A stretch of 64,000 nt of DNA from Lama glama (GCA_028534125.1 CM052817.1:7938001-8002000); one strand, 5' to 3'; shown: positions 50,699-64,000, numbered from the stretch's first letter. The notes: generated by a model not told the origin, from the letters alone. Translations and numbers: made by a program.

Positions 50699-52329
50699 AT
50701 TAATCACTTCCTACCTCCTCATTGGTTTTGTTGCCTGTAATGACTTGCAAGCAGACATTCAGGGAAGTCAAGAGAGTTTCAGGGACTATTATAGAAGAAA
50801 GACTTAACACTGAGAAAGGTGCATCCAGCAGTGCCCCGGGGCCAGAATGAGACGTCCTGGACTCCAGTCCTGCTTGTACAGTTTCAGCCTTATCCCACAG
50901 CTCAGTTCTTCATCTGTTAAATGCAGATAATATTAGTAAGCACCTCCTGTGGTCATCATAAGGTTGTCATTAAAAACACGCGTAATGCACTACAACAGAA
51001 GAGTAGCTTTAACCTAAGCAGTCAGTAAATAGTAGCCCTTATCCTCATCATCATAAACTTGCTTTTCCCATGAAATTGGAAAGGTCCGCCACTACTCAGT
51101 TTGCATCTGAACATCCATTTTCTGCAGGAGGGTGTCTGAGACTGTTGTCAGTTTAACGTGGGTAAGTGCCTACCAAGGACGGCACTGATTTGACATTGAT
51201 GATCTCAGGGCTGTAGGACTAAAGAAGTGGATGGGGGGGGACCAGAAGTGTTTCTTTCAATAACGCTATACTTTTGGTGTGTTGAAACAGCATATATCAC
51301 AGCTATGTACTTTTTTTTTCGTCTTAAAAAGTAAAAATCAAGTTACCATGACTTCAAACGTCAAAACATCGTGATTTCCTCTTCTGTTACATCCCACATT
51401 CAATAAAGTCAGGGTTTGGGTCCGTGGAGATGGGAGCGATGATCATCGCATGAAAGATGGTAAAAGACAAGGCACTGTGCAGAATGCATCAGAGAAATGA
51501 GCTCGTTCAGAGTTCAGTGACAGATTGTACATTTCAAGATTATAGAATCTGCGTTGCTGTTTTTGCAAAAATTAAAAATAAAAATAAAATCATTACAATA
51601 AGACATTCCTACCTTTCCAACACAGGGTTCTTGTTCCTGCATTTTCTTTCTGATCAGCCAGCTTCCCCTTCTGGCGTTCCCCTCCCCCCACCCCGCCCCC
51701 TCCTCACTCTCTCCCCCTCCCCTGCAAAGAAGCTGGTGAGGGAGCAAAGGAGCACACAGCACATGGGAGGCAGAGGACAGAGTTCACCCTGTGAAAAATC
51801 ATTAATCATCTTGAGGTCACCAGCCCTGAACACGTTTCCTTCTCAAACCCGTCCTGCGGGCGATCTGTCTCCTAACAGGTTTTGTAATGCTGAGTTGTAA
51901 AGCGTTCCTGATGAATTATTGTTGGCACTCAGTCCAAAGGCTTGAAGGCTCGAGTCCACGAGAAGAAAAAGCAGACCCTCTGTCTTGCGCCTGTTGTCCG
52001 TGGGGCCAGAACAGGGCTCGTATTTTGTGTGCTGGCGGATGGTCGGTGGGCCCTCATCCCGGCAGCTCCGACTCCAGGAAAGGCCTGAGACGGATTGTGG
52101 TTTATCAGTGGGCTTCTGAGCAGAGGTGTTTGAGGGCAGGTCACACTCTGTTGTAGCACAACTCTGGCTAAGGCTGGATTTATGCTCCCCTTGCACGGAT
52201 AAGGAAACTGAGGCCAGGGCTATGATATGGCGTGTCCCAGGTAAGCCAGCTACCTTGTGGCAGAGCCAGGATTAGAATTTGGGTATCCAAACTACCGCCT
52301 TTTCCTTTCCTCCACTCTGCTTGCACCAG

Positions 52330-52775
52330 GCTGTGTGGTTCTTCCCTGTAGGACATCATCCCACACCATTCCTGCCTCATCTAAAGCCTCTGGTCCAGCC
52401 TTCGGTCTGCCTGGCGTCCTCTCCTCCCAGGTCCCCCTGCCTGCTTCCTTCTGGTCATCCAGGGCCAGTGTAAGGTCACGTGCTCCAAGAGGCTGCCATG
52501 ACCACCCAGTCTAAAACAGTCCCTGTCACTCTTGATAGGAACTCCCTACTTTACTTCCTCATGGCACTTATCACCTCCCAACATTATCTTGTTTATTCAT
52601 TTGTTTATTTGTCCTCTGTGCGTCTCTCTGTTTTCCTTCGAGCTCCAGCTCACCCAGTGTGTGAGCTCCAGGGAGGCAGCCCCCTGGCAGCCTGGTTCTC
52701 CACTGTGTGCCCAGCACTGAGGGTGGTAACTGACACCTAGCAGGTGCTCAACAAACACTTAGTCAATAATTAACA
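52330..52775 (+). mobile_element. L2 3' fragment
   Basis: TGTGAGCTCCAGGGAGGCAG...CCCAGCACTGAG...CACCTAGCAGGTGCTCAACAAACACTT. Confidence 0.75.
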
Positions 52776-54429
52776 AACACTGATCATCAGTGATGCCTTA
52801 TCTTCATATGAAGCCTTTCCAAATATAAATGTGTATATGAATATATAGACATATATTCACAGGATTTCCAAAGCATTTTCACAAGTAATATTTTACTATC
52901 ACTTGCCCCACATGAGGTAGAAAGAAAAGGGTTTATTATAAACTTTTACAGATAGGAAAACAGATATTTCATCATGACTTTTCCTCCTGACCCTAAAATT
53001 AGGAGACCAGGGTTCCCCTGCAAGTCACTTGCTATGTAACGTTGAGAAAGTCATATTCCCAGTCTCCCTACAATGGAGGGTGGTGAAAGCAAAGATCTCT
53101 AAGGCTTCTTCCAGGGAATATTCTAGGATGGTGGTCCCAGAATGCGTGCTTGGGACCCTAGTATCCGAGGGGGTGTTCTGTGGAACCATTTGGGAAACAC
53201 TGTTCCAGTGCTGGCTTCAAGTTTACTTCAAGGCAGAGGCTGCTGCAGGGCAGGTAAGATGCACTAAGGCCCAGGGCAGAGGGGAAAATGGAAAGGAATA
53301 CAATCCACCAGCCCGGGGCCGTGCCAGGCACGTGCTGAGCCCTCTCCTGCCTCACCTCACGTAGTCTTCAGAACCCCTGGGAAGTAGGCGTTCTTCTTAC
53401 TTCCACTTTACAGACTGGAAACTAAAGAAAACGGAGGAAACTCAGGAAGGTGATGTGTATGGCAGGCGATGGTTGCTCAACAAGATGACCTGAGAGAGTT
53501 CGTCCTTAAACCTCAGCGGGCTGCAGAAAGCTTCGTTGTTGCCATTCATGCGATTTGCCATCAACTGTGGGGAGTCGTTGCTTCCCTTTCACCTTCCAAA
53601 TGTCCAGCAAGGGCATCTGCTAGCTGGGCCTAAAGAGGACCTAGCACTCCAGCTGCAAGGGAGTCTGGGAAATGTAGTCCCTTAGCACTGTGTCCGGTGC
53701 AGTGCGGGACAGCCCAGAGAAGGGCCGTGGTAGTGATGCTGAGGGCCAGTGGCCACAGTCATCATTCACCCTGTGGTGGACTAGGTTATCAACGTCTCTT
53801 CCTGGACTCCACGGGTCTGAGATGTGAGCTGCGGGACTAGGGAGGGGAGAGGAAATGTGTGCAGGGATGAATTGGGGGTAGGGGTCGGGGCTGTGGGAAT
53901 CACGGTCCAGGATAAAGACGCAAAGCTCCTGCCCAGTATGGCAGCAAAAGCTGAGAAGTGAAAAGAAAGAAAAAGGAATCATAGCGTCAATGAGTGAAGG
54001 GTTCATTTTCTCAGACTGAACCCGCCCTGCTGGATTCTACTCCTGGCTCCTCCCAACCTCACCACACAGTCCTAGACACAGCCTCTCCCTCTGAAAGGCA
54101 CTTCCCATCGCTTTCCTCTGTCCTCCAGTTTGAGGATCAAGTGGGTCATGATACACAGACAGATCCATTCCCTGTGAAGGAGGCACACAGGAGACAGACA
54201 GGGGTCATCTCCCAACCAGCAAAGGTGAGTGAGTGGCTTTACCACTTGCCTTCTGAGCTGTGCTCATTCGACCTGGAAGGTTCTATAAGTGGCAGAGTCA
54301 TCTTTCGATATAATTTCAATTCAGAAGAGCAGGATTTCATGGGATTTTTATTTTACAGTAACTTCATTTCTAAGAATGAGTATGTATTCCTTTTCGAATC
54401 AAGAAAATCAGTTAAAAATATGATGTCTT

Positions 54430-54760
54430 GGGAGGGGCAGGTGGGAGGGATGAAGAGACAGAGCACAGAGGATTTGTAGGGCAGTGAAAATATTCTGTAC
54501 GATTCCATACTGGTGGTCACCTGCCATTATACATTTGCCCAAACCCACACAATGTACTTCATCGACCTGTGGACTCTTGGTGGACTTCTCACACAGGGGT
54601 CAATGTAGACTCATCAATTTGAACGGATGTACCACTCCAGTGGGGGATGTTGGTGACAGGGGAGGCTCTGCCTGCGGAGGGAGGGGGTGGGGGTATATGG
54701 GGAATCTCTGAACCTGCCCTTCAGTTTTGCTGCAAAGCTTGATCTGCCAACTTTTTTAAT
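54430..54760 (+). mobile_element. Old L1M 3'UTR fragment
   Basis: GAGCACAGAGGATTTGTAGGGCAGTGAAA...CATTATACATTTGCCCAAACCCAC...ATGTACCACTCCAGTGGGGGATGTTG. Same type as 7408-7650 in reverse. Confidence 0.8.
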
Positions 54761-55499
54761 GCAATGTCTTGGTCAAAATAAAATAAAATGCCAAATTGTA
54801 AAGTCTCTCGTACGTGTACACACAGACATATTTTTGTAGTCACAACTGTGACTTAGAATTTACAACTCTGTTTGTGGGAATGTTTGAGCCCAAAGGACCT
54901 GAGAAATCATGAGGTATCCAACCACGTGCTGAGGACCCTAGGGATCCAGAGAGGCATCTCAAGGGCTCCAAGAGCAGAGGGGATGGCAGTGACCAAGGTC
55001 TCTCCAGCTGCCTGAAACCAAACAGCTTGGCTTTCGTCTATTTTATGTTTTGGATTTTCCTGTACCATCCCCATTTTAAAAAAGATTTTACAGCAACCCC
55101 TCCCCCAACACGCACATGAAAACCAGGAAATGAGCTCAAAGCTATGTAGCTTCTGCCGTTTTTCAGATGGGGAAGCTGAGGCCAAGTGAGCTCAGAAACC
55201 CACCTATGGTCCCACAGAAGCAGGAAAACAGGGTCTGGAGCTGGAAATCTGATCCCTAATCTGTTCTCCCTCCCCACCCCACTGCGAGCATCCCAGGCTG
55301 AGTGGCCCAGACAGACGTGGCTCGGATCCAAGGGGCAGATCGTTGTTGGTGCTGTTTGTTTGCACAGCGTAGAACATTGTTTAAGACCTGAAGCTCAGAG
55401 ACATCCCCTGGCAAGACTCTGAACTGGAGCCCAGAGGAGAGCGTTTCCAGAGTTTGTGGTCTGGGACCAAGAGAGCCACGGTCAGGGCTGGGTGGCTCT

Positions 55500-55810
55500 T
55501 CCAGGGGGTGGTGTGCTCTGCTGTTACGTGTCACATCCCCCCGCAGTATTGTAAACACAAGTCCACTGTATGTTTTTAAAACGTGAGAAGAAGCAGGATC
55601 CCGCCTGCATGTTTTGACATAAACTGCAGGGAGGGAGGACGGGACGGGCGGATCGCGCAGGAGCAGAATGTAACCGCTTCCCGCACCTGATGGTTAATCT
55701 CAGGCAGGCGGGCTGTCCGCCGGGCCCTCCGCCGGGCCGCCCAGACCCGCTGGCAGCACAGAGAGGAGACCCGGGACCCACACTGGGCCAATATCGCCGT
55801 TCGTGTGTTT
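55500..55810. promoter_or_regulatory. Small CpG-rich, enhancer- or promoter-like unique segment
   Basis: Local CpG cluster (55640-55805) with FOX-type GTAAACA (55551-55557), TAATCT (55695-55700) and CCAAT (55788-55792). Confidence 0.4.
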
Positions 55811-58089
55811 TGGGACTTTGGTCCTTGGTTTCCTCACCTGAAAAATGAGAGGCTTGGCCTACATCATGATTTTCAAGCTGTCGGAGACTCAGTTTGGATC
55901 CATTTTACAAAGTGGGTGTCCTGGTAAGATTTAGGCTGAAGTGTCTGCTACTAAAAGGAAGTTGGAAATCCACTGGGCTAGATGTTTCTGATACCTCCTT
56001 CAGCTCTGAGACACTGCAATTCTAGATTTTACTTCTCTTTCAGGCCCTGAAAGAATTTCCACTTCCAACCAAGAGGGATCAAGAACAGCACGCTCAGTCT
56101 TGTCCTGGGAAAGTCAGCTGGCGGTCTCGGGGTCCCCGGAGCTCCACCTTGCCATCCCCCTCCCAGCCCACCTCGCACCCACAGAGCGAGCTGCTCCCAG
56201 CTCCGCCCCACGTCAGTGCTCGCGTCCTGTACCAGTCCCGCTGCCACACGACAACTGCGTTGCTCGTCCCCCCCTCTCCCGCTACCCCCTCTGCCCCTCC
56301 CTTCCATCCCCTCTGAGCGGCCTGAAGCCCACAGCTGCGTCTTTTTCCCGGCTGAAACCCCAGGAGCTGGCACTATACCTAGTATATTGTAGATGCTCAT
56401 TAAATAGATGCTGCATTGAACTGTGTGCTGAACAACTGGACTTACTTTCAGATTCTAAAGCTAACCTTTAAATGCTCTGGCCCGGCGCAGGACAGGATCC
56501 AGCCAGTCAGTGAGGAGATGCCGAGATCAGCTCTGAGGCAAGCACTGCTCTGGGGCCTGGAGAGACAGTGGAGACTAAAACTGATTCCACCTCTGGTGGA
56601 AAAGCACTAGACTCGCATAGTAGAATACAGTGAGGGTTGGGAAGTCCTCTGTTCCCAGAGAATAACTCTTTCTGCTGTCACGAGTCACGTGTGAAGGTGG
56701 GGGCTTAAAGTGTGACGGCCTCAGGGAATAGGAAGCCATTCACATTGATTTCTTTACTGAGACAAGAGCCTTGCAGAAAGGAGCACCAAAATACCAGATG
56801 GAGCGCCGCAGAAGAGGGCATCGGAGAGAAGGCGAAACAAGAGGGAAAGACTGCGAACCTTCCTTCCCACATTTCCTGACCCAAAGATTGTAGTGGGTGG
56901 AAAGCAGTCCAGAATGAGAATGGACTTTGACAGCGTTGGGTTTGAATTTGGTCACTGTTACTTGCCAGCTATGTGATGAGAGGCAGGTTGCCCTAAGCTT
57001 TCTGAGACTGTCTTGGGAGAAAGACCGTGACTTTGGGAGGTGATGTGTTGAGCTGGAAGTGACTTTGGGATTGCCAGTGGAGGGGTCCTGGAGGCACCTG
57101 GACAACCAGGGATGGAGAGCTGGGGAGGACTTTGCTCTAGGGAAAGAGATTTTGCAGTTAATTTGCATGTGTGTTTCTTGAAGCCAGTGATGTCTATGAC
57201 AACACTCAAGGAGACTCAAGGAGAGGACACAGACAGAAGAATGTAGGGCTGGTGAGGAAGGAACCACAGGAAAAACTCTCATTAGGGTGACCCAAAAGCC
57301 AGCACCTCTAGGAGGTGGGTTTTCTCCTCTTCTAGGACCTTGCTCAGGCAGCCATTTTAGCTCCCAACAAGCTGCCCAGGGAATCGTTGCTGTTCCCTCC
57401 CAACATCATGAACTCTGCGGACAGGACCAACATCAGACTGTCTTTGCACGGTCTAGCCCAGTGTTCACTGAATGAGTAAAGAAACAAACGAAGTCTAGAA
57501 ATCGTGTCCTTTGAGAAATAGCTTAAGAATCTGTAACTGTGTTCTTGGAGAAGACTTGATTCAGGGAGCCCAGAAAAGACTGACCTCTGGAGAAAGGCGG
57601 AACCCCATTGCGTCAGTGCTGGAGGAAAACCATTTCAGTTCTGCACTAGAGCTGCCCGATGATGGAGTGGGCCATCTGGTGAAGTGGTGAGGTCTACAGC
57701 CCTGAGAGCATGTAAGCAGAGACTGGGGACATTCTCCCAGGACGAGGGCATCGAATGGGAGCCTAATCACAGCCTCTTAGGCAAGCAGCCTGAGAGTCGA
57801 TGATTCCAACATGGTGCCCAGGCAGCCCCCTCACCTGAGCTGATTAACTTCAGAAGGGATGAATGGAGCCCCTTTTGAGCAAATGAAGACAAGATTTCTG
57901 CAGGTGTGGGCCTCATTCTACAGAAATTCTTGAAGGCCATTTGGCCCAACCTCTCCATCATCATTCTGGGCCCTTGGTATCTGGTCCTTGCCTGCCATAT
58001 CTACTTCTCATCGGTTTCACCCCCAGCCGTCACTTCTCTTTGATGGAAAGCCCTTTGAGGGTAGGGACCAGGCCTCATTTATTCATCAG

Positions 58090-58270
58090 GCAGCTGTGTT
58101 GCAGTGGTTAAGAGCATGGGTGCCATGGTCAGACCTCCTCCATTCCTTAGTCTGCAAATCTGAGGCACTCATATGTTGTGAGGATTAAAGGGTTAATACA
58201 CATAGAGTGCTTAGAACAGTTCTAGCATGGAGTAGGTTGTGGAAAAAAGTTACCTACTTTTATTATATTA
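58090..58270 (+). mobile_element. MIR SINE
   Basis: GCAGTGGTTAAGAGCATGG...GTTGTGAGGATTAAAGGGTTAATACACATAGAGTGCTTAGAACAGT. Confidence 0.8.
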
Positions 58271-59989
58271 GTTTCTCCTCTAGCTGGCATGGTACCTATC
58301 AATAAATGTTTGTTGATTTAAAACAACAACAAATAAATTAACAACTAAATATTGATGTTGCAATCACCAGCTAATCAACAGACACTTATTAATTTCAAAA
58401 AAGTACCCAATACTCTGCTGAGTACTGAAAAAGACAAAAATGGAAAAAAAAAAAAGGGTTCTTATTTCCAAGGATTTTGTAATCTGATGATAAACACAAA
58501 TACCATTACTTCTTAAGATAATACATTTTTTTCTTAAGTTAATATATTTAAAACAAAACCTAACACCTTTATAAAATAGGATATAGGTTGAGCCCTGCTG
58601 GTTTGCATGGGTTATTTGATCAAGTTCTAAATTGTGGGGGCCCTCCAGTGAATGTTTTAGAAGAAAAAGGGAAAATCATGTGGGCTTCCTTAATGGGAAA
58701 GATTTTGACTTTCTTAAAAAGTGCCCCTAACTTTCTTAATATTCTACAAGTTGCCCTGGAATATTCAAGTAAGACGGGGAAGCAAGCCCTGGCAGTACGA
58801 AGCCCGCTGAGCTTGTATCTTTCATCAGCATTAGTTCATTTAATCCCAGCCCTAAAGCTATTAAGCAGGTGAGGGTTTTCCCCGGGCCAATCGTGGAGTT
58901 GGTCTTCTCTCTCCTCCCCAGTATGAGGATCCACAGAGATGCTTTCCTGGCAAAGGAGCTCTCAGAGGTCCTGCCCTCTGACCTACCAAGGGCCAAGGAG
59001 CAAAACAGACTTTGGCCAGTCACACAGAATGGCCAAGGGGGCTATGTGCAAATTCACCATCAATGTCCTCCCTAAAGAAAACATGAGCACCATTGATTAC
59101 CTTCTAATAACCATTTTATTGCACATTTTATATTTATGAAAGGGCACTGCGAGACGACGGTTATTATTCCTCTAATGCAAAGCAGATGGGCCTGACAGAG
59201 GTAAATGGGACTTTCTGGGTGTGGCCCTGAAAGTTGGTGTTTTCCCGGAAGGTTTTGAGCCGGGGCCAAACCAGACCCAGAAGTCCTCATCCACCCTTGT
59301 CTCGACACATGACTTTCATTAACAAAATTATATTGCTCTTTTCTGCAAAAGTGGTACCATTACTCTAATAAAAACATGTCCATTGTGGATCAATTACCAC
59401 CTACGTAGTGGTAAGGAGGACTCACAAGTAAGAGGGCAGGAACTGGTGAGAACAAAGAAAGGCTGGTCTTGCAGAGGGAAGCTCCAGCCACCGGGCTTCC
59501 TTCCCAGGCCTGGAGATGCACAGGAAGGGAATCACACTTGCACCTCCGGCACAATCAGCATGGGCTAATCCCCTCCAGACAGAATTTGCCTCTCAGAGAG
59601 CTTCTGCTCCAGCATTAAACCAGCCCGGCCTGCTGCACATGCCTGGTCTACAGAGGCCAGTACAAGACCCATCACCAGCTGCCGCCACTCCAGGCCCACT
59701 CTCTGGGCTCAGCTCAGGCCTTCGCGCTTTGCTCCTGAGTTGGCATCCTTCCTCCATCCCAACAACCGCCCCTTCAGTTTCCGGTCTCATGCTCACTTTC
59801 TAAATTTAATTCGGATTTCTTGACTTGGCCATGGTCATGTTGTTCCACTCACTGGTTCCTCCCACTCCTGGTGTGCTCAAGTTGACCCTGACCTCACCAA
59901 TAGCCACCCAGATCTACTCAGAGTCTGTGATAGCTTGAATTTTTGATAACCTTTGATGTGCCATCTTGGTGGAGGTGTTTTTCCCTGTA

Positions 59990-60172
59990 CCTGTGATTCT
60001 CAAGCTTTTAGGTGCATGAGAATTAGCTGAGGAGAGGCAGAGACATGAATTTCTGAGTCAAATCTTCAGAAATTCTGATTCTGTAAGTCTAGAATGGGCC
60101 AAGAATCTGCATGTCTTATGGCGGATGATTCAAATGAAGAAAGAACTTGGGGTGCACTTTGAAAACTCAGTC
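59990..60172. mobile_element. MER5-like hAT-Charlie element
   Basis: GTGATTCTCAAGCTTT...AGAAATTCTGATTCTGTAAGTCTAGAATGGGCCAAGAATCTGCAT...CACTTTGAAAA. Confidence 0.7.
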
Positions 60173-60739
60173 TGCACCTGTCCTCACATGCCTTCACTGG
60201 TAAGTGACCATTTGAAAAAATAACAACATTTTGCATCCGTATGATGCACAAACTTTTTCAAGTACTTTACAGTAATTTGCTCTTTCTATCCTCTTGATTC
60301 TCTCTCCCATTAAGGGTACTATTATGTCCATCTTACAGATGAGGAAAGAAAGGCTCAGAGTGGTAAATGTGAGTCTCCCAGATGCTAGTGCTCAAATCCC
60401 AGCAGATTCCTGTCTCTGGCCTGAGCCTCCCTGCTGATCCCCAGCCTGTGGAACATCTCTGCTGGGAGTGCCCAACAGATGTCCTAACCTAACATACCCA
60501 CATGTGAGCTGGTGTTCTTCCTTCCCAAACGTACTCTTCCTGATGAAGAGTTTCTCCATCCCCATAATGTCACCTCCATCCTTCCATGTTATCAGCCCAA
60601 ACCTTCAGTCATCTTTAATCTGCTCATTTCTAACCCACATGAATTCCTTCTAAAAGTATCCAGAATCAAACTTCTCTCCACTTCCCCTGCTACACTCTGC
60701 TGCAGCTTCATTTTTCTCCTCACCCCTATCCCACTGCCT

Positions 60740-61112
60740 CAGTCAGCTCGAGCTGCTGTAACAAAATATACCATAGACTGGGTGTGTGGCTTAAACTACA
60801 GACATATCTTTCACACAGTTCTGGAGGCAAGAAATACAAGATCAAGGTGCTGGACTCTTTGGTTCCTGGTGAGAGGCTTCTTCCTGGCTTGCAGACGGCG
60901 ACCTTCTCACTGTGTCCCCACGTGGCAGAGAGAGAAAGAGCTCTGGTCTCTTCCTCTTCTTATAAGGACATTAATCCCACCCTGGGGGCCCCACGATGAT
61001 GATCTCATCTATACCTAATTATCTCCCAAAGGGCCCCACATTGAAATACCATCACAATGGGGATTAGAGCTTCAACATATGAATGTGGGGAGGGGGGACA
61101 CAGTTTAATCCA
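60740..61112 (-). mobile_element. MLT1A/B-type MaLR LTR inserted in an L2
   Basis: GCTGCTGTAACAAAATATACCATAGACTGGG...CACAGTTCTGGAGGC...AAGATCAAGGTG...CTTCTTATAAGGACATTAATCCCA...GCTTCAACATATGAAT. Confidence 0.9.
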
Positions 61113-61514
61113 GGGCGCCCACTTCAATTCATTCTCAACTCAACGGCCACAGTGAGTCTATTAAAGCATAAGGCACACCATGACCTGCCTCCACCCAAAC
61201 CCTCCAGTGACTCCCAATCACTCTGAGTAAAAACCAGATTCCTTCCGGCTGAGCCACCCAGCCCTCCCCTCTGCCCTCACCTCCCACTGCTCTGTCTCCA
61301 CTCCCTCCAGTCCAGGCACACTTGCCTTCCTGCTGCTCCTCCCTCTCACCAGACCCATTCTTGCCTCGGGCCCTTTGCACTATCTCCTCCTCTGCTTGGA
61401 ATGCACTTTTTCCTAGAGATTCCTCTGGCCCACTTTCTCATCCCCTTCAGATTTTTACTCAAACACAGTCCCAGTGAAGCCTTCCTGAACTCTATTTAAA
61501 ATTGCAGCCCCCCA

Positions 61515-61553
<39 letters not shown>

Positions 61554-61780
61554 CCCAAACCCCTGTCCTTGTTTTATTTTCACCTCCTAATCACTATATG
61601 GTTTATTTAATTACTCGTCACCTTCTAACACACTACAGTCTATCTAATTGTTTTGTTCACAATCTCTCCAGAGCATCAGCTCCATAAGGGTAGGCATTGC
61701 TCACCACCAACTCCCGGTGCCAGGAACAATGCCGGCAGACTGCAGGCCCTCAATAAATCTCACTTGAATTAATAAATTAA
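61113..61780 (+). mobile_element. L2 3' fragment containing (AC)17 at 61518-61551
   Basis: CCCTCCAGTGACTCCCA...GCCTCGGGCCCTTTGCAC...CTCAATAAATCTCACTTGAATTAAT. Confidence 0.8.
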
Positions 61781-63179
61781 AGGATAACCCAGGCCTTGAA
61801 CAGCTTCCTCTCTCCCTCCCCCTGTCTCTCTGCCACTTTCACAAGGGAAGTAGCCTTTCCACTGCCCCTACATCAAAGCAACACTCAGAACGGGATCTGC
61901 TCAGACCCCTTGACTGTGGGCCCTCTGGGGACAGAGACCATGGGTCAGTGACCTCTGTATCCTCCCCCACATCAGAGGTGGAACCCAGTGCCCATTACAT
62001 GTCTGGTAACTCTAGATTAAAGTGTTGAATGGGATTTGGGGAGAGTTATTTGCACTAAAATCTGGTGTCTTGCCCTAAATAAAAACCTGCTCTCTGCTGC
62101 GAGAATTTCTAGAGGCAGAGAGTAGGTGAGAGACAGTGCTCTGGATATGTGAGAGGCAGCTCTGGGATCCCAGGGTGAGCTCAGAAATGTAAGGAGTATT
62201 GTGGCCCCAAGGCTTTGGAGCCAGAGAGGGTGTGTATCCTGGCTCTACCCACTTGCCCTCTGATCATATTTACAGGCAATTTGTAAGCCTCAGTTTTCTT
62301 GCTTGTAAATAAGAGGAAGCAGGTTTACCCAACTCAACCTAACCTAACCTTCCTCACCGGTTAGTTGTGAGCGTTAGGAAGCAAATTTTTGTTTAGACCT
62401 TGCATCTAATAGGTACTCAATCGATAGTTTTAAAAAATTTGGGTCCCTGAATTGTATAATTTAATCTAATTAGAAAGAGAAGACTAACACACAAGAGAGA
62501 TATGAATCAGGGCCTGAGACTAAACAATGTGGTGCTCACCAGAGGAGCTGCAAGGGTTTGGAGAAGAGTTATTGGAGGACGTGGCAACAGCCTGAGCCTC
62601 AAAGGATGAGAATGTGTAAAGCCAGAAAATGGGAGGGGCACTAGCCTGGGCTGCAGAGAACAGCATATTGATTCAGAGGACCATTTGGGGAAGTCAGTTA
62701 TTATTTTCTTTAATGCCTTCTTCAACACAGAAAGGATTTGAAAAAAAAAGTCAGCACCAAGAAGATTTCATTTTTTCAACAGGACACCAAGATCAAGAAT
62801 GGGAAATGGAATCCAACTATTTAGTTCATGGAGGCTACATCCCCGCTGTCTGGGGGCTATAGATTTTTTTACCCTGAGCATCCTGGCAATCTGAGGAGAA
62901 AGGAAAGCAGAGGTAGTCTCTAATTCCTTCTGTCAGAAGGAAGGAACACATACTGCTCTTGAGGAGATGGGATTCTTTCTCCCACTGTCGGGCTGGGAAG
63001 GAAATCGTTCAGTGCAGTTACTGCCAACAGCGCTTTATGTCTTGAGCCAGAGTCTTTCTATGTAACGAGGTCTACAAGGCTACTTAGAGAGTCCCTCCAT
63101 GAAAGATGGAAGTGTCACTCAAAACCCAGCAGGACAGAGAGGACAGGGTGGCACGGCCTCCACACATCTTCCTGGTGCT

Positions 63180-63560
63180 TGGGTTTGAGTCGGGCCGGGG
63201 CGGGGCTGCCCTGCCCTCCTCCCGGTCCACGAGCACACGCTGGCCCCCGGTGCTGAGCTTTCCGTGGCTTCCCACTGCCCTTCCGAGAAAGCCCAGCCTC
63301 CTCCCCGTGGCCCGCAGAGACCAGCACCAGCTGGCTCTCGTCCTCGCCCGGCGCCGCCTCCCACCCACGCGCCGCCACGACGCTGCGGCCACGCCGGCCC
63401 TCGGGAACGGGCCGGACTCTCTCCCCGCGCCACCCCTCGGCGCTTGCTCACTCTGCCCGGAGGGCTCTACCCGCAGCTTCTCGCTTGGGGCTGCCTCCTT
63501 GTGTTTCGGGTCTCAACCGACAGTCCCTTCCTCCCGTGGCTCTGCCCTACCCGCCCCTCT
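63180..63560. promoter_or_regulatory. CpG-rich promoter-like segment near the right end
   Basis: High GC and CpG density, GC box GGGGCGGGG at 63197-63205, and a further CpG-rich patch at 63840-63950. The associated gene is not identifiable. Confidence 0.6.
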
Positions 63561-64000
63561 AAATTAAGCCTCTCTCGTCATCCTCCAGCTCATCCGATCA
63601 CCATCTGTCCCTGACTCCCTCCTGCCTTTTCTGGGGTATTGGTGTCTCCCCACTAGAACGAAAGAGGAGAAAAGCAGGATTTAGCCTGCTTGTCTTCCAT
63701 CGTGCCCCCAGGGCCCAACATAGCATCGGCCACGTGGTAGGTGCTCAACACATATTTCTTTAACAAATGAGGGAAAAAAACTTTTTTTAGTGAGAGCCTG
63801 GAAAGTAGGCTTTTCTGCATTAAATCCTTGCTTAAAAGAGCCAGCCGTCCACGGCGATATCCTTCCGCAGAAATCAAGGCGCCCAAAGCATCCTTCACTC
63901 CGAGAAGGCCAGCCCCACTCAGCGCACCAATGCTCGCACCTCCGCAGACAAGGTCAGGTTTCTCTCTCAGGAACTGGCTCTGGGTGGAGCCAGCTTTGCT

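Noticed and set aside
51436..51449. 14-bp perfect palindrome GCGATGATCATCGC
   Set aside because: A few 7-bp-arm palindromes are expected by chance in 64 kb (64000/4^7 is about 4).
56740..57282. Longest ORF in the window (180 aa, minus strand)
   Set aside because: No recognisable domain, and it overlaps MIR-like and L2-like repeat sequence.
63084..63614. Overlapping 100-150 aa ORFs on both strands
   Set aside because: Stop-codon scarcity in GC-rich DNA; the products are low-complexity Pro/Arg/Ala sequences with no recognisable homology.
1..64000. CRISPR arrays, operons or other prokaryote-type systems
   Set aside because: The sequence is mammalian, with no regularly spaced repeat-spacer array and no gene-dense segment.

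Overview
This window is mammalian genomic DNA and is almost entirely non-coding. A Vic-1-like tRNA-derived SINE and the L1 3' ends suggest a camelid; I saw no Alu, BovB/Bov-A, PRE-1 or Can-SINE. No intact protein-coding ORF is recognisable. The left end has a CpG-island promoter with E2F and NRF1-like motifs and the probable first exons of an unidentified minus-strand gene that runs out of the window. Directly behind that promoter, on the + strand, lies a 5'-truncated, frameshifted processed pseudogene of MPDU1, split by a 503-bp ERV1-type solo LTR with a 4-bp target-site duplication (TSD). A second solo LTR of the same family sits about 28 kb away in the opposite orientation. The rest is interspersed repeats (L1, L2, MIR, MaLR/ERV LTRs, hAT-type MER elements), microsatellites, several enhancer-like or CpG-rich patches, and a CpG-rich promoter-like region at the right end. 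I found no convincing new multi-component biological system. The best leads are the promoter/retrocopy/LTR arrangement, a twin-primed L1, a non-colinear L1 and a possible LTR-driven spliced transcript. Repeat subfamily names come from recalled consensus sequences and repeat boundaries are approximate unless a TSD is given.
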